This document shows, in pieces, positions 38,991-49,219 of a stretch of DNA of 53,560 bases (its first letter is position 1; each line of letters opens with the position of its first letter). Source of the stretch: Promethearchaeota archaeon (lineage in GTDB: Archaea; Asgardarchaeota; Lokiarchaeia; Sigyniarchaeales; SOKP01); the NCBI GenBank assembly GCA_030599585.1, contig JAUVNS010000023.1, positions 1 to 53,560 on the forward strand, in the 5' to 3' direction. Position numbers and translations under genes: made by a program. Under the pieces are notes generated by a model that did no database searches, was not told the origin of the DNA, and saw only the letters and a program-made list of their open reading frames with translations.

Positions 38991-40736
38991 TTATGGACCT
39001 TGTTTTACTTTTGATGGTGTTTCTGTAAAAGCTTGTAGTAAAAAAACAGCTACCCATATATTATTTTCATAAAATATTTGAAAACATTTTTTTAATGGAA
39101 AAGCAGCAATGGCATTGTTTTTTATTTTTCTTCTAATATCTGCTATGCATAATATCCCAAATCCTGATTTTCCAGCTTCTCGAAAAATCTGACCTTTATG
39201 TTTATTGTATTTTTCTTCCAGAATGTTTTCGTGATTCAAATTTTCTTCTGATTTAAGTAATTTATCTTCAATTGGAATTTCGTCAATCCAATGATCAGAG
39301 TCACCTCCTGAAACACCAGATTTATCTTTCAATCTTTCTTTAAATTTATGTAATAAAACTGTTGATACCCAAGGGGACATATCTTTAGGTTCACTTTTCC
39401 ATTTTTGAGCAGGAGTTCGAAAATAAGATGGGTAATCGTAACAACTCTGTAAAATTGTAAAAAATTCTTTAATAATTTCCACCCAGACTTGAGTATTAGG
39501 TGTAAGACTCATTTCAAAGAATTTTAATTCTTCTAGTTGCCTATTTATTTCAAAATCACATTCTTTAAAACCAGAGTTAATTTCATTTACGAGTTTTTTC
39601 TTTAAAGTTAAAGAATTTACATTATTTCGAAGTTTTGGTTTAATGAGTTTAGGTTTTGGTCTAAGACCTAAATACGATTCAATAAACTGATATTTTGCAT
39701 TAAGCAATTGGGATTTACCTGATCTATATTCAAATTCTAAGTCTTTTAAAAGTTTTGAAAAGAAATCTTGGTCAATTAGCCTTCCTTCTTTAAAATTAAT
39801 AATACTAGAGTAATTAAACGCGTTAAAAATCAATCCAATTGAATGAATGTCATCCTTTTCTTTGAATTTATACGCTAAACTAAAATATTTCCTATAATAA
39901 TTTTTATAAAAAGGATGAAACCAATGCTCTGTCTTGAAATGGGAAACAAAATCAATTATTTTTGGTAAATATCTAGGATTATCTAGATTTTCATTGAGGT
40001 ACGCATCAATTTTTTTAAAAATGGGTAGCTCAGTAGAATACAAATTCACATATATAGATTTAACTATAGTAAGAACGTCTTGATCAAGAAATATTAGATT
40101 TATATTCGTATCCGCAAAATGGATGAGTGGGTCTAAATAAGTATTCAAAATTTCATTATTATCGTTAAAAATTTTTGAAAACAAATTTCTATATCGTAAA
40201 ATTTCGTGAATATCGAATGTTTTTTTTGTATTTTCCTTAATTTCATTTAATATGGTATTTGGAATTTTTATTTGTGCTTTTTCAATCAACCCTTTTAAAA
40301 CAGAATTTAAAATAATATCTTTTTTGTCTACCTTAATTTGATCCAGTAAGAGATTGGTTTCGTAATCAGAATAATCTCTTAATAGGAAAATTAAAGACAT
40401 AAATCCATAATCATAGTATTCTTCTGAGGATAATAATTGATCAATTATAAAACTTAAAAAAATCTTATCTTGAAGTCTAGGCGTTGTTCCAGAACACGAC
40501 AAAAAACCAATATTAATAACACTTATTATTTTTAATCTTATCTTCGCTTCGAAACCATTAAACTCTTGGATCAATACTTTTAAAATAATTTCTTTTTGGA
40601 GCGAATAATTCCTCTCTTTTATATGCTTTGAGAGCACCCCATCACCCAATACATCTTGAATGTTTTTTTTTATCCGATTAATTAATTTGGATTTTTCCTC
40701 CTCTGCAAAACGGTTAAAATTAAAATTTTCTGGCAA
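38991..40736 (-). CDS. Accessory helical protein with possible C-terminal PD-(D/E)XK-like domain
   Basis: GGDSDHWIDEIPIEDK...Q motif, very AT-rich. Confidence 0.5.
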   Translation of the reverse strand: MPENFNFNRFAEEEKSKLINRIKKNIQDVLGDGVLSKHIKERNYSLQKEIILKVLIQEFNGFEAKIRLKIISVINIGFLSCSGTTPRLQDKIFLSFIIDQLLSSEEYYDYGFMSLIFLLRDYSDYETNLLLDQIKVDKKDIILNSVLKGLIEKAQIKIPNTILNEIKENTKKTFDIHEILRYRNLFSKIFNDNNEILNTYLDPLIHFADTNINLIFLDQDVLTIVKSIYVNLYSTELPIFKKIDAYLNENLDNPRYLPKIIDFVSHFKTEHWFHPFYKNYYRKYFSLAYKFKEKDDIHSIGLIFNAFNYSSIINFKEGRLIDQDFFSKLLKDLEFEYRSGKSQLLNAKYQFIESYLGLRPKPKLIKPKLRNNVNSLTLKKKLVNEINSGFKECDFEINRQLEELKFFEMSLTPNTQVWVEIIKEFFTILQSCYDYPSYFRTPAQKWKSEPKDMSPWVSTVLLHKFKERLKDKSGVSGGDSDHWIDEIPIEDKLLKSEENLNHENILEEKYNKHKGQIFREAGKSGFGILCIADIRRKIKNNAIAAFPLKKCFQIFYENNIWVAVFLLQAFTETPSKVKQGP

Positions 40737-40858
40737 TTGAAACTCCTTTCATTGTTTTTTAATTAAGACTTTTTGATAAAATGTTAATTTAATTACTTAT
40801 AAATCATATACTGTTCGGGTAAATTTAAGAACTGAGAAAAAAGAGAAAAAATGATTTA

Positions 40859-43834
40859 TTATTTTGGAGTTCGCTTATTTTTGAACAGTTTAGTTATTAT
40901 TTTAATCCGAACCACTTTAGAAGTGCTAGATAAAGATATCGAAATCGCTCCTATCATCCCTATCGCTAATGGAATGGTTATTACGGCGTCTGCTTGGTAA
41001 AGATCGGTAGGATCGTTCTCAAGGTCAGGATCGGGATCGGGGTCGGGATTGGAATTAGGATCGATATAATCGAAGGTTGCGTTGCAGACGAACTGGGAGT
41101 CCCCTAAGTAAGGATCGTTAAGAAAAAATTCGAAATAATAGTTTCCGTAATAGTTTGGCGAGTAATCGAAGGTAAACGTCGAACTCTCTAAGGAATGAGA
41201 TAATGATAAGTCTATTACGTCGACATAACCCCCGTCACGATACACGTTGGCATACATCAAGCCATCGAAGATCGGTTCGTCTCCTGAAATAAAAGCGTGG
41301 CGTCCATAAATATTGGCTTGGATACGAGATTCGGTCTTTACGATCGAATACGAGAAAAAAGAATCAAATTCGGTAGTAAAAGAGAACGGAACGCTCGCTT
41401 TTTTTATGGCTCCGTCGTACACGCACAACTCCCCAGCCACAATTGGATAATTACCGGTATCAATAGACACATATACCATTTTCTGGTAAGTATAGTTGCT
41501 TAATTGGTCCAGTAATATTGTTCCTAATTGTGTGGACTCTATTTTAACCGTGGTATATTGTCCAAAATCAGAAAGTATGAGGTTCACCAATTCGACCGAG
41601 AACAAATTGTTGCTTCCTAAACCAATAGTATCGTAATAAGAAGTGCTCAATCTCAAGTTGTCAGTCTTTGCTATTTCGCATAACCACGTAAATACGTCAT
41701 GCTCCAACTCCCTTCTATCAATGGTGAGATAAAATTCGTTGTATATATCAGAATATATGTTTTGAACCAGTAAGTGCGTTTGCTCAACGTCGAATTGAAT
41801 ACCTAAGGCCAACGATTCCGAAATTTTATAGCTGTAATAAAGATTTTTTACATTTGAATAGTTCAGGTGATTTATTATGAAATTACTAATTTTATTTGAG
41901 TTCAGGTTGTATTGTTCGGTCAAGTTTAAAACAAATATCGCGTAATATAAGTTTTCTAATATCAATTCTACGCTATCGGAGTATTTAGCGTCAAAATATA
42001 ACTCGGTCGGAGTCTCCACGAGGTTCCTAGTAATGTAAGTCCCAAGCGCGGTTTTATCGAATCCTAGATCGGCGAAATACTGGCTATTTATGTTTCCTAG
42101 TCCCAGATATTGACTAATAAGTTCCATCGTTTGTATGGCATAATAAGAGTTTTTCAAGTAGACTAGATCGTTTTTCCACTCGGAAGAAGAGTTAATATTA
42201 ATATTAATTAAGAACCCTCCAAAGTTATCGATGTAGCTCAGATCGAGGAATTGCGAGGTGATCACGTCCTGTAAAACTGTATGTAGATCGTAGAGAGAGG
42301 CAAAGTCGTTTAATTTAAAAATTTTCCTTAAGGAGTCGAGAGATTTGAAAATATTTTGGTGAGAACTTATCAAATTGATCTCGTCTACGAATTCGTGATG
42401 TCCAGCAGTATCGTAGTCGAACGGTTTCGAGCGAAAACTCGCCTTCTCCAAATTCATACCGGTACACGCGAAAAAATCGTAATTACCACCACGATCTACA
42501 ACAGTGTCTACGAGTAAGTCGTATATAGATTGAATGTCAAGCTCTCCAATTTTGCCGAAGTATTCGTAAGACGATACTAGGTTATAGAGCAGGTCTATAG
42601 ATGTGTAATCCTCTGAAAGCAAAGAATATCCGCGCTCTTGAACAAACAAAGAAATAAACGAAGAGATATCGTTTCTATCCCCTAGCGAGAACCCTGAAAC
42701 ATCTCCTGTTTCCGAAAGCGATCGTACAATTTGGAAGGTGTCGATAAGTTCGTGATAACTCACCGAAGTCGAAGCTTCCCAACCCCCGCGATAATTTCGA
42801 TTGTTAACTATAAAGGCTAAGGCGTCGCTTCTCACAAAAGAAGTAAAACCCGTAATATCTGCTAGTTCTAAATTGATCGCAGTAGAAACGATGTTAGAAT
42901 AGTTAGCCGCCCACATTGAATCTGATACGTCAAAGTATGCTCCTTCGGAATGGTATAGCGCTGTAAGGTGCTGGTGAAACTTGGTAATATCAATAACATC
43001 AACGTAGCTACTTCCAAAGGTTTCTAACGTTTTCACGCAATAATAGGAAGCAAATTGGTTTGGCTCTGGCTCCATTAACGAGTCGAACATGCTTTCGTAA
43101 TCGTTATAAAAGCCAGTAGAAGAGCCTAACGATTGTAAACCGTCAATGTAAGACGTTATATCGCTCCTTTCTTGGGAATGTGCGTTCCAATCAACGCCTA
43201 AAGTATCTAAAGTAAGAACGGCGTAGTAGGTGTTGTCTGCGGTAGGGATTTTAAATCCTTCTTCTAACGAGCTATCGTAAGACTGTCCTATAAATCCATA
43301 CAAATATGGGTGATAACTATCCCAAATAAAATCGATCATGTCCGCAATATTTATCGAATTAACGGCATTCAAAATGTTCAAGGAAAGTACGGCGTAGCAA
43401 TTGACTTGTAAAAGCGTAGACAAAGGGTAATACCTGCCAGGTATTTTTGAAGCTAAGTATCTATCAGAATTTTTGTCCGAAAATATGTGGGAACTGGAGT
43501 TGTAAAACGATAAAACGTAGTTAATTACCGCTTGTTGGTCGATATCCCCTAACTTTCCGATAGCGTCTAAGACGTAGATCGCGTAATAAGTCGCTTGAAG
43601 AGAGTCCGAATAAATCTGAGGGTAATAGCCGTATGTTGCGTAATCGGCGTTTTTTGCGTCAAAAACTGATTGCAAAGTCTCGAGGTTCGAGGCATCAGAG
43701 GTGGCCAACAAGTCAAAATTTTCGTTTTGTGTTTCACTTGGATTTGCGAAAGTTCTTACGCCAATTGTTGAAACACAAGCTAAAACTACAATTAACACAA
43801 TGCTAACTAAAACTAGATGTTTTTTCCATTTCAT
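40859..43834 (-). CDS. Secreted, membrane-anchored prenyltransferase/squalene-oxidase-repeat (alpha/alpha barrel) surface protein
   Basis: Signal peptide, repeated TYYAxxxLxxL / GGF motifs, DPNSNPDPDPDPD linker, C-terminal TM and basic tail. Confidence 0.75.
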   Translation of the reverse strand: MKWKKHLVLVSIVLIVVLACVSTIGVRTFANPSETQNENFDLLATSDASNLETLQSVFDAKNADYATYGYYPQIYSDSLQATYYAIYVLDAIGKLGDIDQQAVINYVLSFYNSSSHIFSDKNSDRYLASKIPGRYYPLSTLLQVNCYAVLSLNILNAVNSINIADMIDFIWDSYHPYLYGFIGQSYDSSLEEGFKIPTADNTYYAVLTLDTLGVDWNAHSQERSDITSYIDGLQSLGSSTGFYNDYESMFDSLMEPEPNQFASYYCVKTLETFGSSYVDVIDITKFHQHLTALYHSEGAYFDVSDSMWAANYSNIVSTAINLELADITGFTSFVRSDALAFIVNNRNYRGGWEASTSVSYHELIDTFQIVRSLSETGDVSGFSLGDRNDISSFISLFVQERGYSLLSEDYTSIDLLYNLVSSYEYFGKIGELDIQSIYDLLVDTVVDRGGNYDFFACTGMNLEKASFRSKPFDYDTAGHHEFVDEINLISSHQNIFKSLDSLRKIFKLNDFASLYDLHTVLQDVITSQFLDLSYIDNFGGFLINININSSSEWKNDLVYLKNSYYAIQTMELISQYLGLGNINSQYFADLGFDKTALGTYITRNLVETPTELYFDAKYSDSVELILENLYYAIFVLNLTEQYNLNSNKISNFIINHLNYSNVKNLYYSYKISESLALGIQFDVEQTHLLVQNIYSDIYNEFYLTIDRRELEHDVFTWLCEIAKTDNLRLSTSYYDTIGLGSNNLFSVELVNLILSDFGQYTTVKIESTQLGTILLDQLSNYTYQKMVYVSIDTGNYPIVAGELCVYDGAIKKASVPFSFTTEFDSFFSYSIVKTESRIQANIYGRHAFISGDEPIFDGLMYANVYRDGGYVDVIDLSLSHSLESSTFTFDYSPNYYGNYYFEFFLNDPYLGDSQFVCNATFDYIDPNSNPDPDPDPDLENDPTDLYQADAVITIPLAIGMIGAISISLSSTSKVVRIKIITKLFKNKRTPK

Positions 43835-43888
43835 TATACTTCACGTAAAGTTTGTTACAAAAGCTTTGAACAGTTCTTAGATTGTGCG

Positions 43889-43903
43889 TATATAAAGAAA
43901 AAA
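43889..43903 (-). promoter_or_regulatory. Pyrimidine-BRE class promoter
   Basis: Minus strand TTTTTTCTTTATATA in a divergent region. Confidence 0.6.
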
Positions 43904-43972
43904 GCACATAAAAGAATATAGAAAAGATTTTTTATATTGGGCATACACTCTATATAGAAGACTTCGGAATGA

Positions 43973-44515
43973 ATGCAAATGAAATTAATTGAAATTATCG
44001 AGAAAGAACTTAATGAATCGGGTGCGATGGATATTTATAAGCGCATACGACTAAAAATTGACGAATTGAAAACATCTTGTGGGTTTGAATGTAAGATGTG
44101 TGGTAGGTGTTGCACTCCTAACGTAGATCTTTCTGAAGAAGATTTTTTTTATATGAAAGAGAAAAAAGCAAATCTGGAAGGCGTTGAAACATGGAAAGCC
44201 TCTGATGGTAGTTTAATGCCAAAAAAGAGTTTAAAGCATAAATTAGGCAGTTTAGGATATAAAAACACAGGAATTTGTTTTTATGAGGTAGAGAAATCCG
44301 AGAAAACTCTGTGTAAGATTCATCCAAATAATCCTTTAGTATGCCATAGTTTTCCTTTTGTTGTTAATTTATCAACTAAATTTTTTATGATAAAAGATAG
44401 TTGTACTTGGATGAAAGAAAATTTTGAATTTTTTTCTGTGAAAATTAAATATGTTAAAGAAATTAGAGATTTGATTGAAGAGTATTGGTACGCACTAGAA
44501 AGATATACAGAATAG
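43973..44515 (+). CDS. YkgJ-family (CxxCxxCC) Fe-S/Zn cluster protein
   Basis: FECKMCGRCC...C.FY...CKIH..NPLVCHSFPF. Canonical GAAAAGATTTTTTATA promoter at 43921. Confidence 0.85.
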   Translation: MQMKLIEIIEKELNESGAMDIYKRIRLKIDELKTSCGFECKMCGRCCTPNVDLSEEDFFYMKEKKANLEGVETWKASDGSLMPKKSLKHKLGSLGYKNTGICFYEVEKSEKTLCKIHPNNPLVCHSFPFVVNLSTKFFMIKDSCTWMKENFEFFSVKIKYVKEIRDLIEEYWYALERYTE

Positions 44516-44586
44516 TTTGAAATACAAAGAAAAGAAAAAGGAAAAAAAAAGAGAAAGACAAAATATCATAAATTTCTGACCTACCG

Positions 44587-45861
44587 TCAACAAACCGATG
44601 GTGGACCGGTTGGGTTGTGATATTTCCACAGTTCGACTTTCACGCCCTCCTCATCCATATTATCTTTTTTGTTAGATAAAGAAGCGTCTTGAAAGTTCGT
44701 TGAACTATCTTCTATTTCGTTATTTTGATTTTTGGCAACCGAGGCAACTAAATACCCGCTTGCGTCTTTTACAACGAAGTAATATTCCTCGCTCTCGTTT
44801 AAGTTGTTAAACACTTGACTTGCGTCCCCTAAGATTATCTGAACTATGTCGTCGCACTGTGCCTCGTCCTCTGAAATTTCACTAACGTCTATAAACGCAG
44901 GATCTAATACGCCTAATTTAATCATAACTCTTTTTAATAAACCAGCGGATTTTACGAGGCTTAGAAAACCCGGAACGTTAAGCCTTTGAATAACTTTTTT
45001 CTCGACTTGCCTGTGAATCGTTGACATTTTAACGCCTAAACGCTTGCAAATTGCGCTCACGCTCACTTCTTTCTTCTGGGAGCAGAGAAGCGTAATAGAA
45101 GTCACCAAGCCCACTACTACGTCGTCCTTAGTGTTTTTTATGACTTCGTAAAACCTGTCAAGTATCCGCTTCGATTGGTAGTAGAACGACATCCCCAGAT
45201 TGAAGTGTTCGCTGACCTCCAAAATTCTTTCTTTAATGTATTGCTTGCGATCTCGCTCTTGATACTCTGGCCAGATGCGAATAATCGAAAATTTAAAAGA
45301 GTTGAAATCGTTTTTTGAAACCTTGGACACCCCCAAAAGTTCTTTCTCGCTAATTGGTTTACCATTCTCTTTGTAGTACGCGTAAATAACGCAAGGGACT
45401 AACATTTCTGGACTTCTATATTTCGTTCCTTTGCCTAAATTAGCTCGAAATTGTTTAACTTTGCTAACAATTACCTCTACATCGCCTGAGGAGAAGCCTA
45501 ACGCGGTTAAAATTCGTTTTGCCTCCACTTTTATCGCAATATTAAATGTTTCTTCGGTAGGTCGGGAAGAGTCTATCTTGCTTAGACCTTCTAATTTCGC
45601 TGAATGTTGCATCCTTCTTCTTTCAGACCTAAATCCGATTTGTGTTTTTCCTAACACGGCGTATTGGACGATGTCTGCGTCGTACGGTCGGTGGTATTCT
45701 AATTTTTGTATTTCTAACACTATTCCACAAGCTCGACAAGTGTAACCTTCTTGAGTTTCTATTACGTCGGTAGAGCCACAGACATCGCATTGATACTGGG
45801 ACTCGAGACCTGAGATAATTTTTAACGATTTTATTTTATCAGCACTATGAGGTGTTGCCAT
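44587..45861 (-). CDS. tfb: Divergent transcription initiation factor IIB (TFB) paralog
   Basis: Zn ribbon CDVCGS...YTCRACGIVL, two cyclin-like repeats (YRSPEMLVPCVIY...PISEKEL; VSAICKRLGVKMSTI) and an acidic C-terminal extension. Confidence 0.8.
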   Translation of the reverse strand: MATPHSADKIKSLKIISGLESQYQCDVCGSTDVIETQEGYTCRACGIVLEIQKLEYHRPYDADIVQYAVLGKTQIGFRSERRRMQHSAKLEGLSKIDSSRPTEETFNIAIKVEAKRILTALGFSSGDVEVIVSKVKQFRANLGKGTKYRSPEMLVPCVIYAYYKENGKPISEKELLGVSKVSKNDFNSFKFSIIRIWPEYQERDRKQYIKERILEVSEHFNLGMSFYYQSKRILDRFYEVIKNTKDDVVVGLVTSITLLCSQKKEVSVSAICKRLGVKMSTIHRQVEKKVIQRLNVPGFLSLVKSAGLLKRVMIKLGVLDPAFIDVSEISEDEAQCDDIVQIILGDASQVFNNLNESEEYYFVVKDASGYLVASVAKNQNNEIEDSSTNFQDASLSNKKDNMDEEGVKVELWKYHNPTGPPSVC

Positions 45862-46529
45862 TTTTTTTCAACTTTTTTGTATTTTTTTGTAAAAACTTAC
45901 GATTACATTTTAATTAAAGAATTAAGATCACCAGTTTGCTATTTGAAGATTTGCTTCGAGCAATAAACACCTAGAAAGGTAAGAGATAATCAAACGATTA
46001 GCGAAAATTGAATCGAAATGTAACTATAAATTTTAGTTAATCCGTGTATTTAGTTGATTCCGTTCTATAGAACAAAGATAAATTGTGCATTTTTTCGTCA
46101 AAATCACAATTTTGCAATTCTATTCCAAATTAGGATATTTTTTGGATCATAGGCGCTAAAGTTACAGCTTAAATTGGGAGTATAAAGAGAATCGTAATGG
46201 AAATCTCGAGTTTATGACAATCTATATATCACTAGTATTGTGATTATACTAATAATTCTTATAGAATTATAATCTAAACGAACTGAAACCAATTTTCATA
46301 AATAATTAAACTTGGATTATTATTCTACGACTTTTCTTAAGTCTTCCGTTGAGGTTATTTTTAATTCCTAGGTTCGGTTATACGCTCAAAAGATCACTCA
46401 AAGTTGAGATTTTGAGTTTTTGATGCTTTTCTACTTTTTATTGCACTTTGATCTCTTTTTTTGAAATGATCTTTTTAAATCCCACGAATTTTTTCCAAAG
46501 AATTTTTTCTAATTTTTTTCTTCCTGAAA

Positions 46530-46543
46530 TTTTTTCTTTATAT
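46530..46543 (+). promoter_or_regulatory. Pyrimidine-BRE class promoter
   Basis: TTTTTTCTTTATAT, about 35 nt before ATG 46572. Confidence 0.6.
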
Positions 46544-46571
46544 GCTTCCTTAGCGTGACCAAATTACAATT

Positions 46572-47336
46572 ATGATAATGTTATATTTTTGGTTTTTTGT
46601 GTTATTAGTTGCCTCCGGCGCAATTCGAGCCCTCTACGGGTTAGCACATACGCCCGGTTACAAGTTATTTTTTAACTTGATAGCTATAGTTGGGGTGTTC
46701 GTCCACGAAGTAGCGCACTATACGGTGTCGCTTATTGTAGGCGGGAACCCCGGTAAAATACGGGTGAAATATCGAAACGAGGATAAAACGAGGGTATCGC
46801 CTCACGGATCGGTCAGCAATCCGGAATTCAAAAGGCAATCGGTCCTGCAAGCGTTTAGTATCAGTTTTGCCCCTCTTTTGGTATCCACTTTACTATTTAT
46901 GTTTTGCTTAGACGTTGTCTTTCACATCCAAACCGATCTCTGGGTAAAAGTAGTGGCAATTATTTTTAGCGTGTCGTTAGTGTTTGGCTTAAAACCTTCG
47001 GGACAAGACGCGAAAGTAGTCGGCTACGCGTATCAAAACGATCCTCGTTATTCGGTGTATCAAATATTTCTCTTACTATTATCGGGAGTGTTAGTGTGGT
47101 TATTTGTAGATTTATATTTTATTGTTCTACCCTTCGAGGTAATGTATTACGTCGAATATGTACTGGTTTTAGTCGTGTTTTACTTCGGGCTAAAAGCTTT
47201 GTTTTGGTTAGCCGGTAGAATTATAGGGAGCGTAGCTAAAAAATTGGGAAAAGCTCAAGTGTCAAGCCCTAAATTCCTTACCCGAAGAAGAAGGTTTAAA
47301 TACATAAAAGATTCTAACGAAAGAGAGGTGCAATAA
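46572..47336 (+). CDS. Membrane zinc metalloprotease (M50/site-2-like)
   Basis: GVFVHEVAH (HExxH) in TM context, ISFAPL, PSGQD. Confidence 0.75.
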   Translation: MIMLYFWFFVLLVASGAIRALYGLAHTPGYKLFFNLIAIVGVFVHEVAHYTVSLIVGGNPGKIRVKYRNEDKTRVSPHGSVSNPEFKRQSVLQAFSISFAPLLVSTLLFMFCLDVVFHIQTDLWVKVVAIIFSVSLVFGLKPSGQDAKVVGYAYQNDPRYSVYQIFLLLLSGVLVWLFVDLYFIVLPFEVMYYVEYVLVLVVFYFGLKALFWLAGRIIGSVAKKLGKAQVSSPKFLTRRRRFKYIKDSNEREVQ

Positions 47337-47341
47337 TAAAT

Positions 47342-47686
47342 ATGAAAGGTTTTTGTTTAATCGCAATAATAATCGCTATGCTGATGTTTTACCAGAGAGA
47401 GCCCATCTACACGGTAATTATAGTCGGGATTGGTCTGGCGTTATACATCGTTTACAAGGCAAGAAAAGGCGGTAATGGAACGATCGGCTCTTTTTTTAGC
47501 GGCAATCAATCGCGTCAAGACAACAGGTTAGACGATTTAATTGCTCTGATGATGCTCCAACAACTCTCCTCGACCAATTCTCAGAGCATGGGCGCTTCTG
47601 AGCAAATTTCTGAACAATCTCGAAAGCGACGAGAAGCGATCGAAAAGACGCAAAAAGAAACATTAGACTTACTGAGCGGTGATTGA
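47342..47686 (+). CDS. Small membrane protein
   Basis: N-terminal TM hairpin. Stop overlaps the radB start. Confidence 0.65.
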   Translation: MKGFCLIAIIIAMLMFYQREPIYTVIIVGIGLALYIVYKARKGGNGTIGSFFSGNQSRQDNRLDDLIALMMLQQLSSTNSQSMGASEQISEQSRKRREAIEKTQKETLDLLSGD

Positions 47687-48393
47687 AACTGGATACCTTT
47701 GACATAGCTTCTTTACTAAATTTGTTAAAAGAACGTAGAATCGTTTCGATCTCGGGAGAATCGGGCACCGGAAAAACCACATTAGCCTTACAGTTGGTCG
47801 CTTCTGCGTTAACTCAAGAGGACGGGAGCAAGAACCAAGCTTTATGGGTCCAAGCCAGCGAACAATTTCCCAAAAAACGGCTTCAAGTACTTTTTAAAAA
47901 TTCTCATGATAGCTATAAAGCCCTCCTGAAAAGAATTTTTGTATATCCAGGAACGAATCCTTTTTTGGATTATCAAACCCAGTCGACTTTTTTTACAAAC
48001 TTGGTATCCGTGATTTTGCCGTTTAACACTAAATACATCGTAATTGATAACATATCCCACTATCTAAGGTTTGCTGCTTCGTGTTGCTCCGATGTAAAAC
48101 AAAAGATGGCGCTCTTAGACGATTTTTTTAGCTCGCAGCTATTTCCCCTTATAATGCGTTGTCTAAGGGAAGAGATCGTTCTCGTGTTAATACACGAAGT
48201 CTCTTTTGACCCTGCGCTAGGAAAAAATCAACCGTTTTTTAACAAACTCTACTCGAGGATCAACAGCGTAAACGTAAGCTTGTCGAAACCGTTCGGTTCT
48301 AAAATTAAATTGATGGAACTCGCCTCGCGGGACGAGATAATTTCGAAAGACGTAAGATACATGATTAAAAATAAAGGAATTTCTCTAGTTTAA
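47683..48393 (+). CDS. radB: RadB-like RecA-fold ATPase
   Basis: ISGESGTGKTTLALQ, WVQASEQFPKKRL, IVIDNIS. Lacks the RadA N-terminal domain. Confidence 0.7.
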   Translation: MKLDTFDIASLLNLLKERRIVSISGESGTGKTTLALQLVASALTQEDGSKNQALWVQASEQFPKKRLQVLFKNSHDSYKALLKRIFVYPGTNPFLDYQTQSTFFTNLVSVILPFNTKYIVIDNISHYLRFAASCCSDVKQKMALLDDFFSSQLFPLIMRCLREEIVLVLIHEVSFDPALGKNQPFFNKLYSRINSVNVSLSKPFGSKIKLMELASRDEIISKDVRYMIKNKGISLV

Positions 48394-48439
48394 GACTAAA
48401 TGGCTATATAAAGCAAAAATTTCGCCTTCTTATTTTTTC

Positions 48440-48453
48440 TTTTCCTTTAAATA
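48440..48453 (+). promoter_or_regulatory. Pyrimidine-BRE class promoter
   Basis: TTTTCCTTTAAATA, TATA starting 29 nt before ATG 48475. Confidence 0.6.
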
Positions 48454-48474
48454 GTTCTACGTAGTATCTAGTGC

Positions 48475-48852
48475 ATGATCAAAGCGCCTGATTCTAAAAC
48501 TTCGCGAAGCATTAAATGTTCCATCTGTCGATCCGGGATTAAAGACCTCCGAACAATGTATCAATCAAGTTTAAAATTGGGAGTAATCTGTAAAGTTTGT
48601 CGGGAGCGATTCTCTGAAGAAGATATCGAGATGATCGTAAACCTTTTTTTTGCCTTTGGTGGATATTTCGGACAATTCGACAAATCCGACTTTTCCATGG
48701 ACGAAACAATCTTCGAATTTGCTGAAAAGTTAAGCGCAGGTAATTCTACTTTTCACGCCCAGAACGTGAAGATGTGGCACAAAATATTAACGCACGGCAT
48801 CGTCCCTAAAGAGTTTTTAGAAGAACTCTCTGTTATAGCGGAACAAGAGTAA
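48475..48852 (+). CDS. Zinc-binding hypothetical protein
   Basis: CSIC...CKVC. Confidence 0.7.
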   Translation: MIKAPDSKTSRSIKCSICRSGIKDLRTMYQSSLKLGVICKVCRERFSEEDIEMIVNLFFAFGGYFGQFDKSDFSMDETIFEFAEKLSAGNSTFHAQNVKMWHKILTHGIVPKEFLEELSVIAEQE

Positions 48853-49042
48853 GGTATACAACAGTTCCGAAATTCTTAGTTCTTAATCTTTTCAAATTTA
48901 TTATTGTTTCACTTTTCAACTTAGTAAAGTTTTATTAATTAATTATATTTTTTATTTACTACAAAGAAAATAGTTCAAAATAATGTTTTGGAAAACAAAT
49001 AGTCACAATTCATGCAATCTACTACGAGGAGGTGACATGTGA

Positions 49043-49219
49043 ATGAAGGTTGATTTATTGATATATAATACAATTTTGTTGATTATAGGTTTAATTTTAT
49101 TGTTTATCGTATTAGTTTTAGGCGTTGTAATAATTGCATTAGTAGTTAATAATTTTGTAATGTACGCAATAATTTATTTATACATAAATGAAAGAGCGGA
49201 CACGAATTCCAAGGTTTGA
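49043..49219 (+). CDS. Small hydrophobic membrane peptide (58 aa), not in the ORF track
   Basis: MKVDLLIYNTILLIIGLILLFIVLVLGVVIIALVVNNFVMYAIIYLYINERADTNSKV, with strong SD GAGGAGGTGA upstream. Confidence 0.5.
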   Translation: MKVDLLIYNTILLIIGLILLFIVLVLGVVIIALVVNNFVMYAIIYLYINERADTNSKV

